Below, piece after piece: positions 34,522-46,829 of a stretch of 64,000 bases of DNA (position 1 is the stretch's first letter; every line of letters starts with the position of its first letter). Location: positions 1,612,001 through 1,676,000 of the forward strand of contig MU008163.1 of NCBI GenBank assembly GCA_010909165.1. Direction: 5' to 3'. The DNA is from Anthoceros angustus. Taxonomy: Eukaryota > Plantae > Anthocerotophyta. The translations under genes were made by a program, and so were the position numbers. Under the pieces are notes generated by a model. The model worked only from the letters and a program-made list of their open reading frames with translations. It had not been told where the DNA came from and did no database searches.

Positions 34522-37433
34522 TGGTATCAGAGCGGGAACACTAATCGCGAGACTTGATAAGAGAGGACGGAGTTGTGATGGCGATGGGCTCAGTAACCAC
34601 CGCGGCCTTGAGGACGCGGGTGTTTGATGGAACGGAGTTCCATGTATGGAAAAGGTCCATGAAGGTTCTGCTGATGGCAGAGGACGCGTATGGCATTGCC
34701 GAGGGCAAAGAGCCGAAACCCGAAGATGAGGGAAGAGAGCAGAAAGAATGGATGCAGAGAGACCACAAGGGTACAGCTCTCCTATATATGAATCTCTACG
34801 GCAAATCAAGGTTGAGAACCGCATAAGGGCACGGAGTACATTTGGAATCTTCTCAATGAGAAATATGGCCAGAAGGGAGCAGGTGAAGTATTTCACTCGT
34901 TTTGTCGTGTGACGACATTGAAGTATTCAGACGAAGACGATTTGCGAAAGCACATCGACACCTTTCACGAACTGTTTACAGCGCTAGCATTAGCTAACGA
35001 GCGCTTTGCTATCCAGGAGGACATACAAAAGATGTTTCTATATCGTCTATGCCCAAGCTTGGTCGTGGTTCATAGATTTCCTAATAGCCCAAGACACTCT
35101 CACATGGGAGGAGGTCACCTCTAAGATGTTGGCGAAGGAGACTCGCCATTGGACGCAATGGCGGATCTTCAACAGTCCGAGCATGCGATGTTCATCAAGG
35201 GGAAGGGACGGAACAACCGGAACAAGGACAAGCAGGGGGAGTCCTCGCAGGGACAGAAGGACAAGAGAATAGTGAAGAGGGGACAGTGCCGGAAATGCTT
35301 CAAGTATGGTCATTATGAGAAGGATTGCAAGGATCGGAAGACCGCACATCTCACGGAGGGTGAGAGTGAAGGTGAGGTTGCGGAGGCAACGCTCACAGAA
35401 GAAGTATCGCACGCGTGCTACAGTACACAAGCGAAACGATACCTGACGATAGATTCTGCATGTACATCCTTTATGGTGAAGGATAAGGAGCCCTTCAAGA
35501 CTACGGGAGGGAGAAGATGCGCCTCTAGGGAACGATAGCGAGATAGGCGCCGAGGGTGTGGGGAGTACAGCTCGATTGCTCGACGAGGTCAAGGCAATGG
35601 AAGGAGCGCGCTTTTGTACCGACCTACGAAATCTCATGTCGTGGCACCATTGACCGATGCAGGTCTGCAGGTCCTTTTTACGAAGAAGGAAGTTTTGTTT
35701 CTGAAGAATGGTCAGATGCACGGCGATGTGGTGGCAAAAGGCCACCGTACAGGGAACTTGTACCAGATGGAGGTTCCTGACGACCAAGAGGTTCTGACAG
35801 TGTCGGAGAAAGGTGGAAATGCCTTACTGTGGCATAGACGGTTTGGGCATACCAACTTGAAGTTTCTCCTGGAGATGGAGCGGAAGAAGCTCGTGACAGG
35901 CATGGAGCTCCAGAAGGCAGAACTTGGTCTGTGTGACGCTTGTATGAAAGGCAAGCATCCCCGAAGGTCTTATGTTTCACCACAAGAGAGCAAAGAAGTC
36001 TTGGAACTTGTCCACTCGATCTTTGGACCAATGCAAGTGGAAGCAAGGATGATACAAAGTAGATACTATATTTCGCTTATCGACGACTACATAGGAGAAT
36101 ACGTGTACTTCTGGAAGAAGAGTGACGCCTCAAGCATTTCGGATGTTCGTAATCATGGAGAAACAAACAGGAAAGAAGTTGAAGAAACTTCGAACTGATG
36201 GGGAGGAGAGTATTTGAGTAAACTCTTCAAGGATGAATGCACAGCGGCCGGAATTGAGAGGCAGTTGATGACAAGGTACACGCCGCAACAGGCAGGGATC
36301 GCCGAGCGGAAGAATCGTACCATCTGCAATGGCGCTAGGAGTATGCTAGCGGAAAGTAGGATGCCAAAATATTTTGGGCGTATGCAGGGCAGCATACACG
36401 ATGTAATATGTCAATTACCATGGCGCTAGGTGGCTCTATGACACCCCATGAAGCTTGGTTTGGTGAGAAACCAAATGTCTCACACTTGAGAGTGTTTGGT
36501 CACAGAGCATATGCGCATGTTCCTAAGCAACCGCGAAGAAGTTGGACGATGTAAGCATGTGCGCTTCATTGGTTATGCGAATGAGCGAAAGGCTTACATT
36601 GTGGGATCCCGCCAGCGTATGCATGAAAGTTCGATGTCGTGTTCGATGAGAACAATATTGAAGTCATGCGAGAGCACTCGCTACGGCATCAACTCGAGTT
36701 TATCCAGACACCTTCCTTGTCCCAAATCCACCAATGACAGCAGAAGAGGATCACCACACACCGGAGGGTGATGGTGAGGACATCCCAGCAGGTGAGGTCA
36801 TACCACCTATTGTTCCCGCAGGAATTCTCGGAGGAGGAAATTCAAAAGGAGCACAACAGCAGCAGCATGTTGAGGAGTTAGTTCCAGCATTGGAGGATGC
36901 AGAGGACGAACCAACAGCAGCTATTCCGAGACGGTCGACAAGGGTTCGACAGCCTTCGCGGAAGGTCCTCGAGAATGCCCAGCTCAACATGGTGAGCGGA
37001 CCAGAATGGTGTTTTCTTCTCGAAGATGATATCCCGCTCACAATTGAGGAAGCACGAAACGGACCTGAAGGTGAGTTCTGGAATGAAGCTATTCGTACTG
37101 AGTATAATTCGATGCTCGAAAACAACGCTTGACGTTGGTTGATTTGCCACCCGGAGAAAAGTCCGACGCAAGTGGACTTTCAAGAAGAAGTACAATGCCG
37201 ACGGATCTGAAAGGCATAAAGGCGAGACTAGTGGCTCGGTTTCACTCAAGTGAAAGGGCTGGACTACGAGGAGACCTTCTCCCGTAGTTCGCATGAATAG
37301 ATCTCAAAGGCGTGATTCGGATCTCATACCTCCGCACCGAGGAGATGGTGGCGGATATCTTCACCAAGGCGCCGGCGCAAAGTTTACATTTTCGTTCGGA
37401 TCTTGGCGTAAGTAGCTTTAGCTTGAAGGGGAG

Positions 37434-37706
37434 TGTTAGAGATTCAATCCTCGCTACTTACTCTAGTATATTAGGATATATTAGGATATTGCACTATCGA
37501 GTCTAGGGCTTACCTCCTCGATAGTTGCCTAGCCTAAGGGCTATATATATATGTAGCACCCTGTGCACCATATTGACGTGTACTGTGGAGCCTATCTAAG
37601 CTAGTGGTGCTATTGCGTGTGCTATCCATTGCCTCTCCTTGTGTCTGCTAACTGTGTTGATCCTGTGCGTTGCCCAGACTGTGTTGTGTCTGAGCTAGTT
37701 CTTTCA
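37434..37706 (+). repeat. Copia LTR 2 (shared middle LTR, 273 bp)
   Basis: Preceded by the PPT and followed by a PBS. Confidence 0.92.
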
Positions 37707-40463
37707 TGGTATAAGAGCGGGAACACTAATCGCGAGACTTGATAAGAGAGGACGGAGTTGTGATGGCGATGGGCTCAGTAACCACCGCGGCCTTGAGGAG
37801 GCGGGTGTTTGATGGAGCGGAGTTCCATGTATGGAAAAGGTCCATGAAGGTTCGATGGCGGAGGGGAGCGTATGGCATTGCAGGGCAAAGAGCCGAAACT
37901 CAAGATGAGGGAGAGAGCAGAGAGAATGGATGCGGAGAGACCACAAGTCTGACTCTCCTATATATGAATCTCTCGGTCCAGTGAAGGTCGGAGAACCGCA
38001 TAAGGGCACGAGTACATTTTGGAATCTTCTCAATGAGAAATATGGCGAAGGGGCGGTGAAGTATTTCACTTGTTTTGTCGTGTGACATTGAAGTATTCGA
38101 CGAGACGATTTGCGAAAGCACATCGACACCTTTCACGAACTGTTTACAGCGCTAGCATTAGCTAACGAGCGCTTTGCTATCCAGGAGGACATACAAAAGA
38201 TGTTTCTATATGAATCTATGCCCGAAGCTTGGTCAGGGTTCATAGATTTCCTAATAGCCCAAGACACTCTCACATGGGAGGAGGTCACCTCTAAGATGTT
38301 GGCGAAGGAGACTTGATTGGGCAATGGCGGGATCTTCAACAGTCCGGAGCATGCGATGTTCATTAAGGGAAGGGACGGAACAACCGGAACAAGGACAAGC
38401 GGGGGAGTCCTCGAGGAAGGACAAGAGAATAGTGAAGAGGGGCGGTCGGGAAATGCTTCAAGTATGGTCATTATGAAGGATTGCAAGGATCGGAAGACCG
38501 CATCTCACGGAGGGTGAGTGAAGGTGAGGTTGCGGAGGCAGCCTCGCGAAGAAGTACCAGCGTGCTATAGTACCTGAGCGATAGATTACGCATGTACATC
38601 CTTTATGGTGAAGGATAAGGAGCTCCTTCAAGACTACGGAGGGAAGGCAGTGCGCCTAGGGAAGCGATAGCGAGATAGGCGTCGAGGGTGTGGGGGAGTC
38701 TGCTCAGTTGCTCGGCGGCGAGGTCAAGGCAATGGAAGGCATGTACGCACCTCATTAGAAATCTCATGTCGTGGCACCATTGACCGTCTGGTCTGCGGGT
38801 CCTCTTACGAAGAAGGAAGTTTTGTTTCAAGAATGGTCGGATGCGCGATGTGGTGGCGAAGGCCACCGTCTGGAACTTGTACCGGATGGAGGTTCCTAAC
38901 AAGAGGTTACGGCGTCGGAGAAAGGTGGAAATGCCTTCTGTGGCATGACGGTTTGGGCATACCAACTTGAAGTTTCTCCACGGAGATGGAGAAGCTCGTG
39001 GCAGCATGGAGCTCAGGCGAGCTTGTTGCATGTGGCTTGTATGAAAGGCAAGCATCCCGAAGGTCTTATGTTTCATCACGAGAGAGCAAAGAAGTCTTGG
39101 AACTTGTCCACTCGATCTTTGCGGACCAATGCAAGTGGAAGCAAGGATGATACAAAGTAGATACTATATTTCGTTTATCGGACTATGGGAGAAACGGTGT
39201 ACTTCTGCGGAAGAAGAGGCTCTCAAGCATTTCGGATGTTCGAGCGTGCGGAGAAACAAACAGAAAGAAGTTGAAGAAACTTGATGGGGGAGAGTATTTG
39301 AGTAAACTCTTCAAGGATGAATGCACGCCGGAATTGAGAGGCGATTGACGACAAGGTACACGCCCATAGCAGGAGGATCGTGCGGAAGAATCGTACCATC
39401 TGCAATGGCGCTAGGAGTATGCTAGCGGAAGTAGGATGCCAAAATAGGGGCGTGGCGGTACGTCTGAGAATATGTCAATTACCATAGGTGGCTCTATGAC
39501 ACCCCATGAAGCTTGGTTTGGTGAGAAACCAAATGTCTCACACTTGAGAGTGTTTGGTGCGTAGCATATGCATGTTCCTAAGCAACCGCGGAAGAAGTTG
39601 GACGACGAAGCATCAAGTGCGGCTTCATTGGTTATGCGAATGAGCGAAAAGGCTTCTGATTGTGGGATCCGTCGCAGCGGATGCATGAAAGTTACGATGT
39701 CGTGTTCGATGAGAACAATATTGGAAGTCATCACGGAAACACGGTATTTACGGACCTCAACTGAGTTTATCCAGACACCTTGTCCCGGATCCACCAATGA
39801 CAAGAGGATCACCACAGGAGGGTGATGGTGAGGACATCAGCGGTGAGGTCATACCACCTATTGTTCCCAGGAATTCTCGGAGGAAATTCGGAAGAACTGA
39901 AGACATGTTGAGGAGTTAGTTCCGGCATTGGAGGATGCGGAGGGCGAACCAAGCAGCTATTCCGAGACGGTCGACAAGGGTTCGACCTTCGGAAGGTCCT
40001 CGAGAATGCCGACTCAACATGGTGGCGGACGAATGGTGTTTTCTTCTCGAAGATGATATCCGCTCACAATTGAGGAAGCACGAAAGCGGACACGAAGGTG
40101 AGTTACGGAATGAAGCTATTCGTCGAGTATAATTCGATGCTCGAAAACAACGTTTGGGCGTTGGTTGATTTGCCACCGGAGAAAAGCCGTCATTGCAAGT
40201 GGACTTTCAAGAAGAAGTACAATCTTGACGGATCTGGAAAGGCATAAGGCGAGACTAGTGGCTCGGTTTCACTCAAGTGAAAGGGCTGGACTACGAGGAG
40301 ACCTTCTCCCCGGTAGTTCGCATGAATAAATCTCAAAGGCGTGATTCAGATCTCATACCTCCGCACCGAGGAGATGGTGGCGGATATCTTCACCAAGGCG
40401 CTCGGCGCAAAGTTTACATTTTCGTTCGGATCTTGGCGTAAGTAGCTTTAGCTTGAAGGGGAG

Positions 40464-40724
40464 TGTTAGAGATTCAATCCTCGCTACTTACTCTAGTATA
40501 TTAGGATATATTAGGATATTGCACTATCGAGTCTAGGGCTTACCTCCTCGATAGTTGCCTAGCCTAAGGAGCTATATATGTAGCACCATGTGCACCATAT
40601 TGACGTGTCTTGTGGAGCCTATCTAAGCCGGTGGTGCTATTGCGTGTGCCATCCATTGCCTCGCGTATCTCTAGCGTGTTGATCCTGCACGTTGCCACGT
40701 GTTGTGTCTGAGCTAGTTCTTACA
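40464..40724 (+). repeat. Copia LTR 3 (261 bp)
   Basis: Preceded by the PPT, ends ...ttcttaca, then the TSD attct. Confidence 0.92.
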
Positions 40725-43700
40725 ATTCTTTCATTGCAAGTGCGAGTCGATCATATCCATGTTGATTGATGTGCAAGCCTAGGGTACCGTGCTGCATGAT
40801 GTTCGGATTCTTGTCAAGCATATACAGGGCAGCAATGTGAAGTAGGGGTAACATTCTGCACTTATTCTTTGCCACAAAAGTTCAAGATTCAATAATATTA
40901 TCATCCTGAGCTAAGCGATTTCGAAGAACTCTGCCTTGCAGCATCCTATTTCACATGTCTGGACTCATCTGGAACGTTTATGAATTTTGTGGACTAGCTG
41001 CAGTGAGCCAAACTCTGACGTGTGTCACGGTTTCGTCCTGTAACCCTATCTTGCTGAGGATCCTTTCAAGATTACAAGCGAGAACTGTCTAACTTGAACT
41101 GAACATTCTCATTGTACACGCCGGGTGACGCAATTGCAAGAGGCACAAATGGCCGTGTCTTCAAACCTGTGAAAGCTTAACTACACAGACGACTCTACAT
41201 CGTCGATCCTGAGGAGTTTGAACGTATGAGGTTTTCTAACGTGTTAGGGATTTCGCACTTGGTTTTAGGTGTACCCGATAGAGGACTTTGACGTGTTTCG
41301 ATGCTGACGAGAGTAAACCACAAATCTGTCCCGAGTGTTTTAATTGTCCACCGACATATGTAACATTGACGATCTTTCTCACTTTCTTACACTAGCGGGA
41401 TGTACATGGCTAGTGTTCACCAGGAAGCGGCTGTTCCCTTGCGTGTTGGCCGGGTTTTCTGGCAGCTGTCACGGAGGCAAAAATTTGCCGTGTCGATTGT
41501 CTCGGCTCCTGACAGACAGCCCAGGCTTCAAATGATCAGCATGCAAGAAATCGTTATCTGAAAAACAAAACCAAAATCGTATCTGTTAATGAGTAGTTAC
41601 TTCACATTGGGCGCGGAAGGCCCCTCGGTTGCTTCATTTGTTTTGGACTCAGGCCTTCGGACTAGCTCACCTCTTGAGGCGTACATCTATGATTTAAGGC
41701 TTCTTTGATGCACTTGCTGGCGAAGAGACTGGACATGGATGGTGTTGAAGAGTAGATGTCCGCGTTGAAAGTAATTTGACCTGGGGTCCTGAACTTTGCA
41801 AATTGCGGATGCGCTGTGAGATGGCTTCATGATCGCTGTAGGTTTTACGTACGAGTTCAATCGAGGTTAATGATCTTGCAATGCAGAATATCATCAGATG
41901 TTAGCCTTCAAGAGATTTTCGTCTATGGGGAAACCGTTTGATGCCTTTTGCATTTTAGGTCAATTGATCGTACAGATCAAAACTATTCGGATTTAGCCCG
42001 AAGGGTCTCGACGACTGCTACTAGTAATAGGAGGACGGGAACTCGGAGATGATAGTGATCAATCAACATTTCTTCATATTTTGAAATACATCTCACAGCC
42101 AATTACCGTTAGCTTGAATATGAACGTTAGACTTTGCAATCTTACCAGGAGTTCACATCTATATCTATAGGCGTTTGCACTTGGCAAGTTGGGCCTGCTA
42201 AATTCTTCGAGGTGGAGACTAGGATCCTGTTATATTTATTCGAGGCTCACTAATCACTCATGAGCCATGGAATCGCCTAACCGATCATGCGGGTGCACAA
42301 ATCTATGTGACGGCTACTTGGAGGATGCCAGATTCCTGCACTAGTAGTACTGTGGAAGCTTGGAAGCAGGCTGTGACCGGCCAGCAACCTGTTTCCAGAC
42401 ATGGAGGCAATATTTATGTCAGTTGCTTGCTATTAACCTTGCAACCGCATGTTGCAACATAATATTCCCTTTTCAAATTGCAGTGTCATATATCGATCCA
42501 GGCTAGGGCAGAGTTCTGCGTGGCCGAAGTACACAGTGGATGTGCAATTAGTGTGGACTTGCAGATATTGAGGGGAACAATTCAGAAGGAGCCGACAACG
42601 ACCGACGGCTCAGCTATTGAAGGAAACAGTGGTAGTGATACCAGCACGGACCCAGGGTACCTTGGATCACCGCTTTACATAGCTACACCTGTACATGTAC
42701 AGTCACAAGCAGCCTAACCAGAAGTGTGCCTATTCCACTGAGTCCCAGCTTTGGGTCCGCTGCAGGATCCGGAGTGGGCCTGTCACAGGGAGGCAAACCA
42801 TGAGAGCGCCTATAAGACGGAGCGAAACCCTTTGCTGGGGTGCCAAGAAACCCAGGAGTGGGCCTGTCCCACGGATGCCGACTGTCATACGGAGCGCAAT
42901 CCATAGCCCTGTCACACGGAGCCATACTAGAAGATGCAGGGAGCAAGCATGGATCGATTCTCCTTCAAGCAGCAAGCCTAAGAGAACCCAGCCTAGTCAT
43001 ATCACGGGTGATCGGCCGCAGTCTCCCTTACGAGGAACCGCCATCATCGTTCCCGATAATAGAGGATTGGATGCATTTCTTCCTCCTGGGGCAGTGGGGA
43101 CGCACACTGTCGTTTCCCACAACCAAGAGCCCTCGGCATCTCGCCCTGCTGAGACCCATAGGCAGAACACTGTCATTCCCGAGCCCCAGAATGCGGAGCG
43201 AGGGGCAATGCCAATCATGACAGTTTCTCTGGAACACCTGCTGACATTACCTCCCAAGAATGTTTGGGTACTCAGTCACGGTGCGAAAGAAAACAAATCA
43301 TGCTTATTCGACATCTATATTCGAGAGCATAAAAACAAATTGTACTAAAACTGTAGAAACTTTTAGGCCGACTCACGGGATATGGTATTCGACATATCCT
43401 CACTAGTCTAGATACTTGACATAGCTATTCGACATATCACTTTTGTCGGAATTGAGCGTGCCAGCCGGAACGTTTGGAATGTTTCTATGTCGGTATTTTC
43501 TGGTTCTGTCTGGTAGCGCTGTAGATGCAAACACTGTCTTGGGATGTCAACCTCGATTCAAGTGTTAACTTGTAAGGAGGAATGGCTGCATCGCATGCTT
43601 CTCTTGGTGCTCCAAAAATTGGAGTGGTCTGTCCCCTGATTTTGTGAAGTGACAAAATGAAGTGAAATCCAAAACCTTGGTCAGTGCATTAGTTCAGATC

Positions 43701-44388
43701 TCCTGTTTCCTTCCCAAGTTCTCCTCCATTTCTTGCTCTCCGTGAGAGCGTTAGAGTTCTACAAGTTTTCCTTAAACACAGACCATTGTGTATCCATTCC
43801 TCTTAGAGCTCCCTCCCTCTAGCCGATCATGTCAGAGACATCAAAGTACCATTTGAAGTGAATGGCGTGCCTGCTCCTGCTGCCTTGAAGGAACAGTACT
43901 TGGATATGCGGGAATGTCTCAAAGTCTGCTAACATTGAATTTTCTCATGTTCCGAGCACAAAGGAAACCCTGCCTCAGACTTGAAGAATACATTTAAGCA
44001 TTCAGGAAAGATAGACAAGGTAAACTTTTGTGTACAGATGTCTGTTTCAACACCCACAACTGTGACATAGGGGTTGCAGTTGTGAGGAAGAACGGACTCG
44101 TCGCGCTTGCTGAACAGACGTATGATAGGCATAACATAAAGAACCTTACTGTTCTCACATGTTCAACTCCCAAGCACACTCCCCTTCCTCCCTGACTCTA
44201 CACGAATCACACGATCGACAATCAAATCACAAGGAAACAGCTGACAAGATGGAAACGCTTTGAAGATGAGTATTTGCAAGTTGAAGAACATCGGAGCAAC
44301 CTCACAGCCGCTCCTCTCAAAGCGATTCTAGCATACGTTTATGTATTTCAGCATTGATGGCAAATGCATGCGCCTGAGTGGCAGATGA

Positions 44389-45670
44389 TCAGCGAGCGGG
44401 AGCTGGAGCAGCGGAAGCAGCAGCGGAGTTGACAACGTGGCAGTTGGTCCTGATTTCACCCTGTGAGCCGGTGAGAACTCCCACGTTGCTGAGCTTGAAG
44501 ATGGAGGACTTGAACTGGGCGAAGAAGGCACGCTGGCTGAAGGCGAACTTGGTGACGAGGGGCTTGGTGCGGGGGTCGAAGAGGAGGTACTGGTCGGAGA
44601 CGAAGAAGCCCTTGCTGTTGAGCAGGTTGACGTAGTACTTGTTGTCGAACACGGTGGGCGACAGGGGGTCCATGTCCACTCGGAATGCGAGGTCGGCGCA
44701 CTCGGTCAGGAGCTCCTGCAGGTAGGCCGCGGGGATTGCTGGGTCCGCCTGGCCGGTCCCGTTGAAGTTGGTGAGCCTCCTCCTGACTGCGCCGCAAACG
44801 CCCTTCCCGATGGTGTGGGCGCCAGAGAGAGCCACAGCGTCCGGCGTCCCGAGCCCGATTCCGGCGAAGGAGGCCAGCACTCCGTCAACGAACAGGTTGG
44901 GGGAGGGGTTGTTGGTGATGGCCGGGCCCACGGCGCTGATCAAGCCATCCTTCCGGCCCAGGTACGTGGGGTAGAAGGGTGCGCCCCTCTGGATCCCAAT
45001 ACAGGAAGCATCAATCAGAAAAGATCCACGACAGAAGACAGGCAGCCCCGAAGGGTGTGAGAAAGGGTGGCCTGTTTTGGTTACCTTGACAATGGCGTCT
45101 CGGACACTGGTGACCAGGATGTCGGAACAGGAGACGGTTTCGGGGCAAACTGCCTCTAGTTGCTGCTTGATGTCGTCGATGATGTTGAATCCAAGTAGAG
45201 ACCTGTTGGGGAGCGCATCCCTTTCACCGCTGTTGGTGGGAGTGCTATCGATCATGATGGAGGAGTCGACCCCCTGTGATTTCCAGACACAGGCACCACA
45301 CATGGTGAGCAATGCCGAATCCGAAGAGCAGGCCGCCCTGGGCCTGCAGATGCCTTCAAGCCCGGGCCCACACAAGTGCTGGTCATGGCGACAGGATACA
45401 TACATTCACCACGGCATCGTGGAAGAGGAGACGGAGCAGGTGGGCAGCATTCTGGACATCCTGAGCCAGCCACTTGTCGATGTTCGTGCTCACGATCGAG
45501 TAGAACTGAGGGCACGACCGCTTGTAGAAGAGCGGGTTCAGGCCACGGGGAATGGATCCGGATCCGGGTGTTTTGCCACGCCCCTCTGCTACCGGAGCCA
45601 GCGCCGCACTCATCACCAGAAGCAGCAGGAACGAGAGGCCCACAGCTGCACGGTCCCGCACGCCCGCCAT
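44389..45670 (-). CDS. Class III secretory peroxidase (Prx-2); exons 45670-45404, 45273-45085, 44988-44389
   Basis: Signal peptide followed by [19 protein letters not shown]|[54 protein letters not shown] and GEIRTNCHVVN. A clear paralogue of Prx-1. Confidence 0.95.
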
Positions 45671-46255
45671 GACCCACAACCACCTTCTTCGATCTTGAGA
45701 TGAGCTGCTCAAACACCAACGCAAGGAGGCCGCAGCCAGGAAGCGGCAGTGGGAAGAAGCGTGAGGAATCGGAGGGTGGCGATGGAGAAGGCGGGAGACT
45801 GGAAGGCGGAGGGAGACGAACTCAGGGCTGGGGGAAGCAGGTGGATAACAGGCTTTTATGGGTCCGGAGGTCAGCGCGAGTCCGGGGGCGACCCAGTCCT
45901 CCCGGCGGCGTGACAAGGAGGAGAAGTTGCTGGCTTGGCCCAGGCGCCCGGATGAAAATAGCCTGCGCACTGTCGCATTTTGGCCTGCCTTCTCTGCTAC
46001 AGCAAATGGCCTCTTCAGGACACCTGTCTTTCGGGACTCGGGTTGACGCCTCCTCTTGTGCTCAACCGTCAAACGCGTCTGCTTCGGAACGACCCTTTAC
46101 TGTTGCTTTCGTCAAATGCTGTACGCAGGAATCCAACCGTGCAGCCGTGGCCAAGGCTTTTACTGTTGCCAACCGGTCACAAACTCACGCACATGGGGTT
46201 ATGACGGGGTCGGGACGGTTATGACGCAATCGGAATCCGTTTTGATTTTGTTTTG

Positions 46256-46416
46256 GGTGGGGGCCGCGCGGACGCGAGCCCCCGCGGTCACAAATTATGA
46301 CGTCTATTCTACCCGCAGGTAGATAGTGGAGCCGCACCGGCCGAAGTGCAATGGCGAATAGCGACCCCAGGTCATCGGCCTTCGTGATCACCGATAGGCC
46401 CCGCCCAGGTAAGTAT
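46256..46416 (-). ncRNA. U1: U1 spliceosomal snRNA
   Basis: The reverse complement starts ATACTTACCTGG and contains the GATCACGAAG loop (U1-70K site), the ATTGCACT loop (U1A site), the Sm site AATTTGTG and a terminal GGGGG..CGCG..CGCGCGGCCCC stem-loop. Confidence 0.95.
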
Positions 46417-46829
46417 GGATATCGGCCTGTGCCCCTGAGTTTAGTAGAGCTCTCTGGGGCTGGTAGATTTCACAGATAGTATGGGTTATTGTTTTCTGTA
46501 CGGCCGCCAGAGGTTATTCTTATTTAAAAGTACGGATTGATGTGAGGATCTGTTGTGCAACTTGCAGCGTGCAACTTGTGGATAAGCCAGTCGATCGAGC
46601 AGACTGACATTACCAGACAGCATGTGATATGATGATGCTCCGAGATATGAAGCATGTGATGATAAAGATGGCAGCAGTTGAGGAGGCGGGGGATACGGTT
46701 TTTCTTCACAGTGCACGGGACAGAGGTGGAGGAAAAGGCTCGTTGTTAAATATTAAACTCCAGGGCCTCTGAGCTTGCTGCTTACGTGAGGATTGGAGAA
46801 ACAATAAAATATGGTGGTGCCAGCTTCAG

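Larger units (their letters stand above)
34257..40724 (+). mobile_element. Ty1/Copia LTR retrotransposon in tandem three-LTR form (LTR-internal-LTR-internal-LTR); RT/RNase H core deleted in both units
   Basis: TG...CA termini and a 5-bp TSD ATTCT (34252-34256, 40725-40729). PBS TGGTATCAGAGC at 34522 and TGGTATAAGAGC at 37707; polypurine tracts before LTR2 and LTR3. Gag CCHC knuckle (CRKCFKYGHYEKDC), protease (IDSACT), LWHRRFGH..CDAC, integrase (TPQQAGIAERKNRT). The RT N-terminus ETFSPVVRM is joined to the RNase H tail ISYLRTEEMVADIFTKA. Confidence 0.95.

Noticed and set aside
41600-44330. Protein-coding gene in the ORFs at 42.7-43.3 kb and 43.6-44.2 kb
   Set aside because: Overlapping ORFs on both strands, imperfect repeats, no domain and no consistent splice model.
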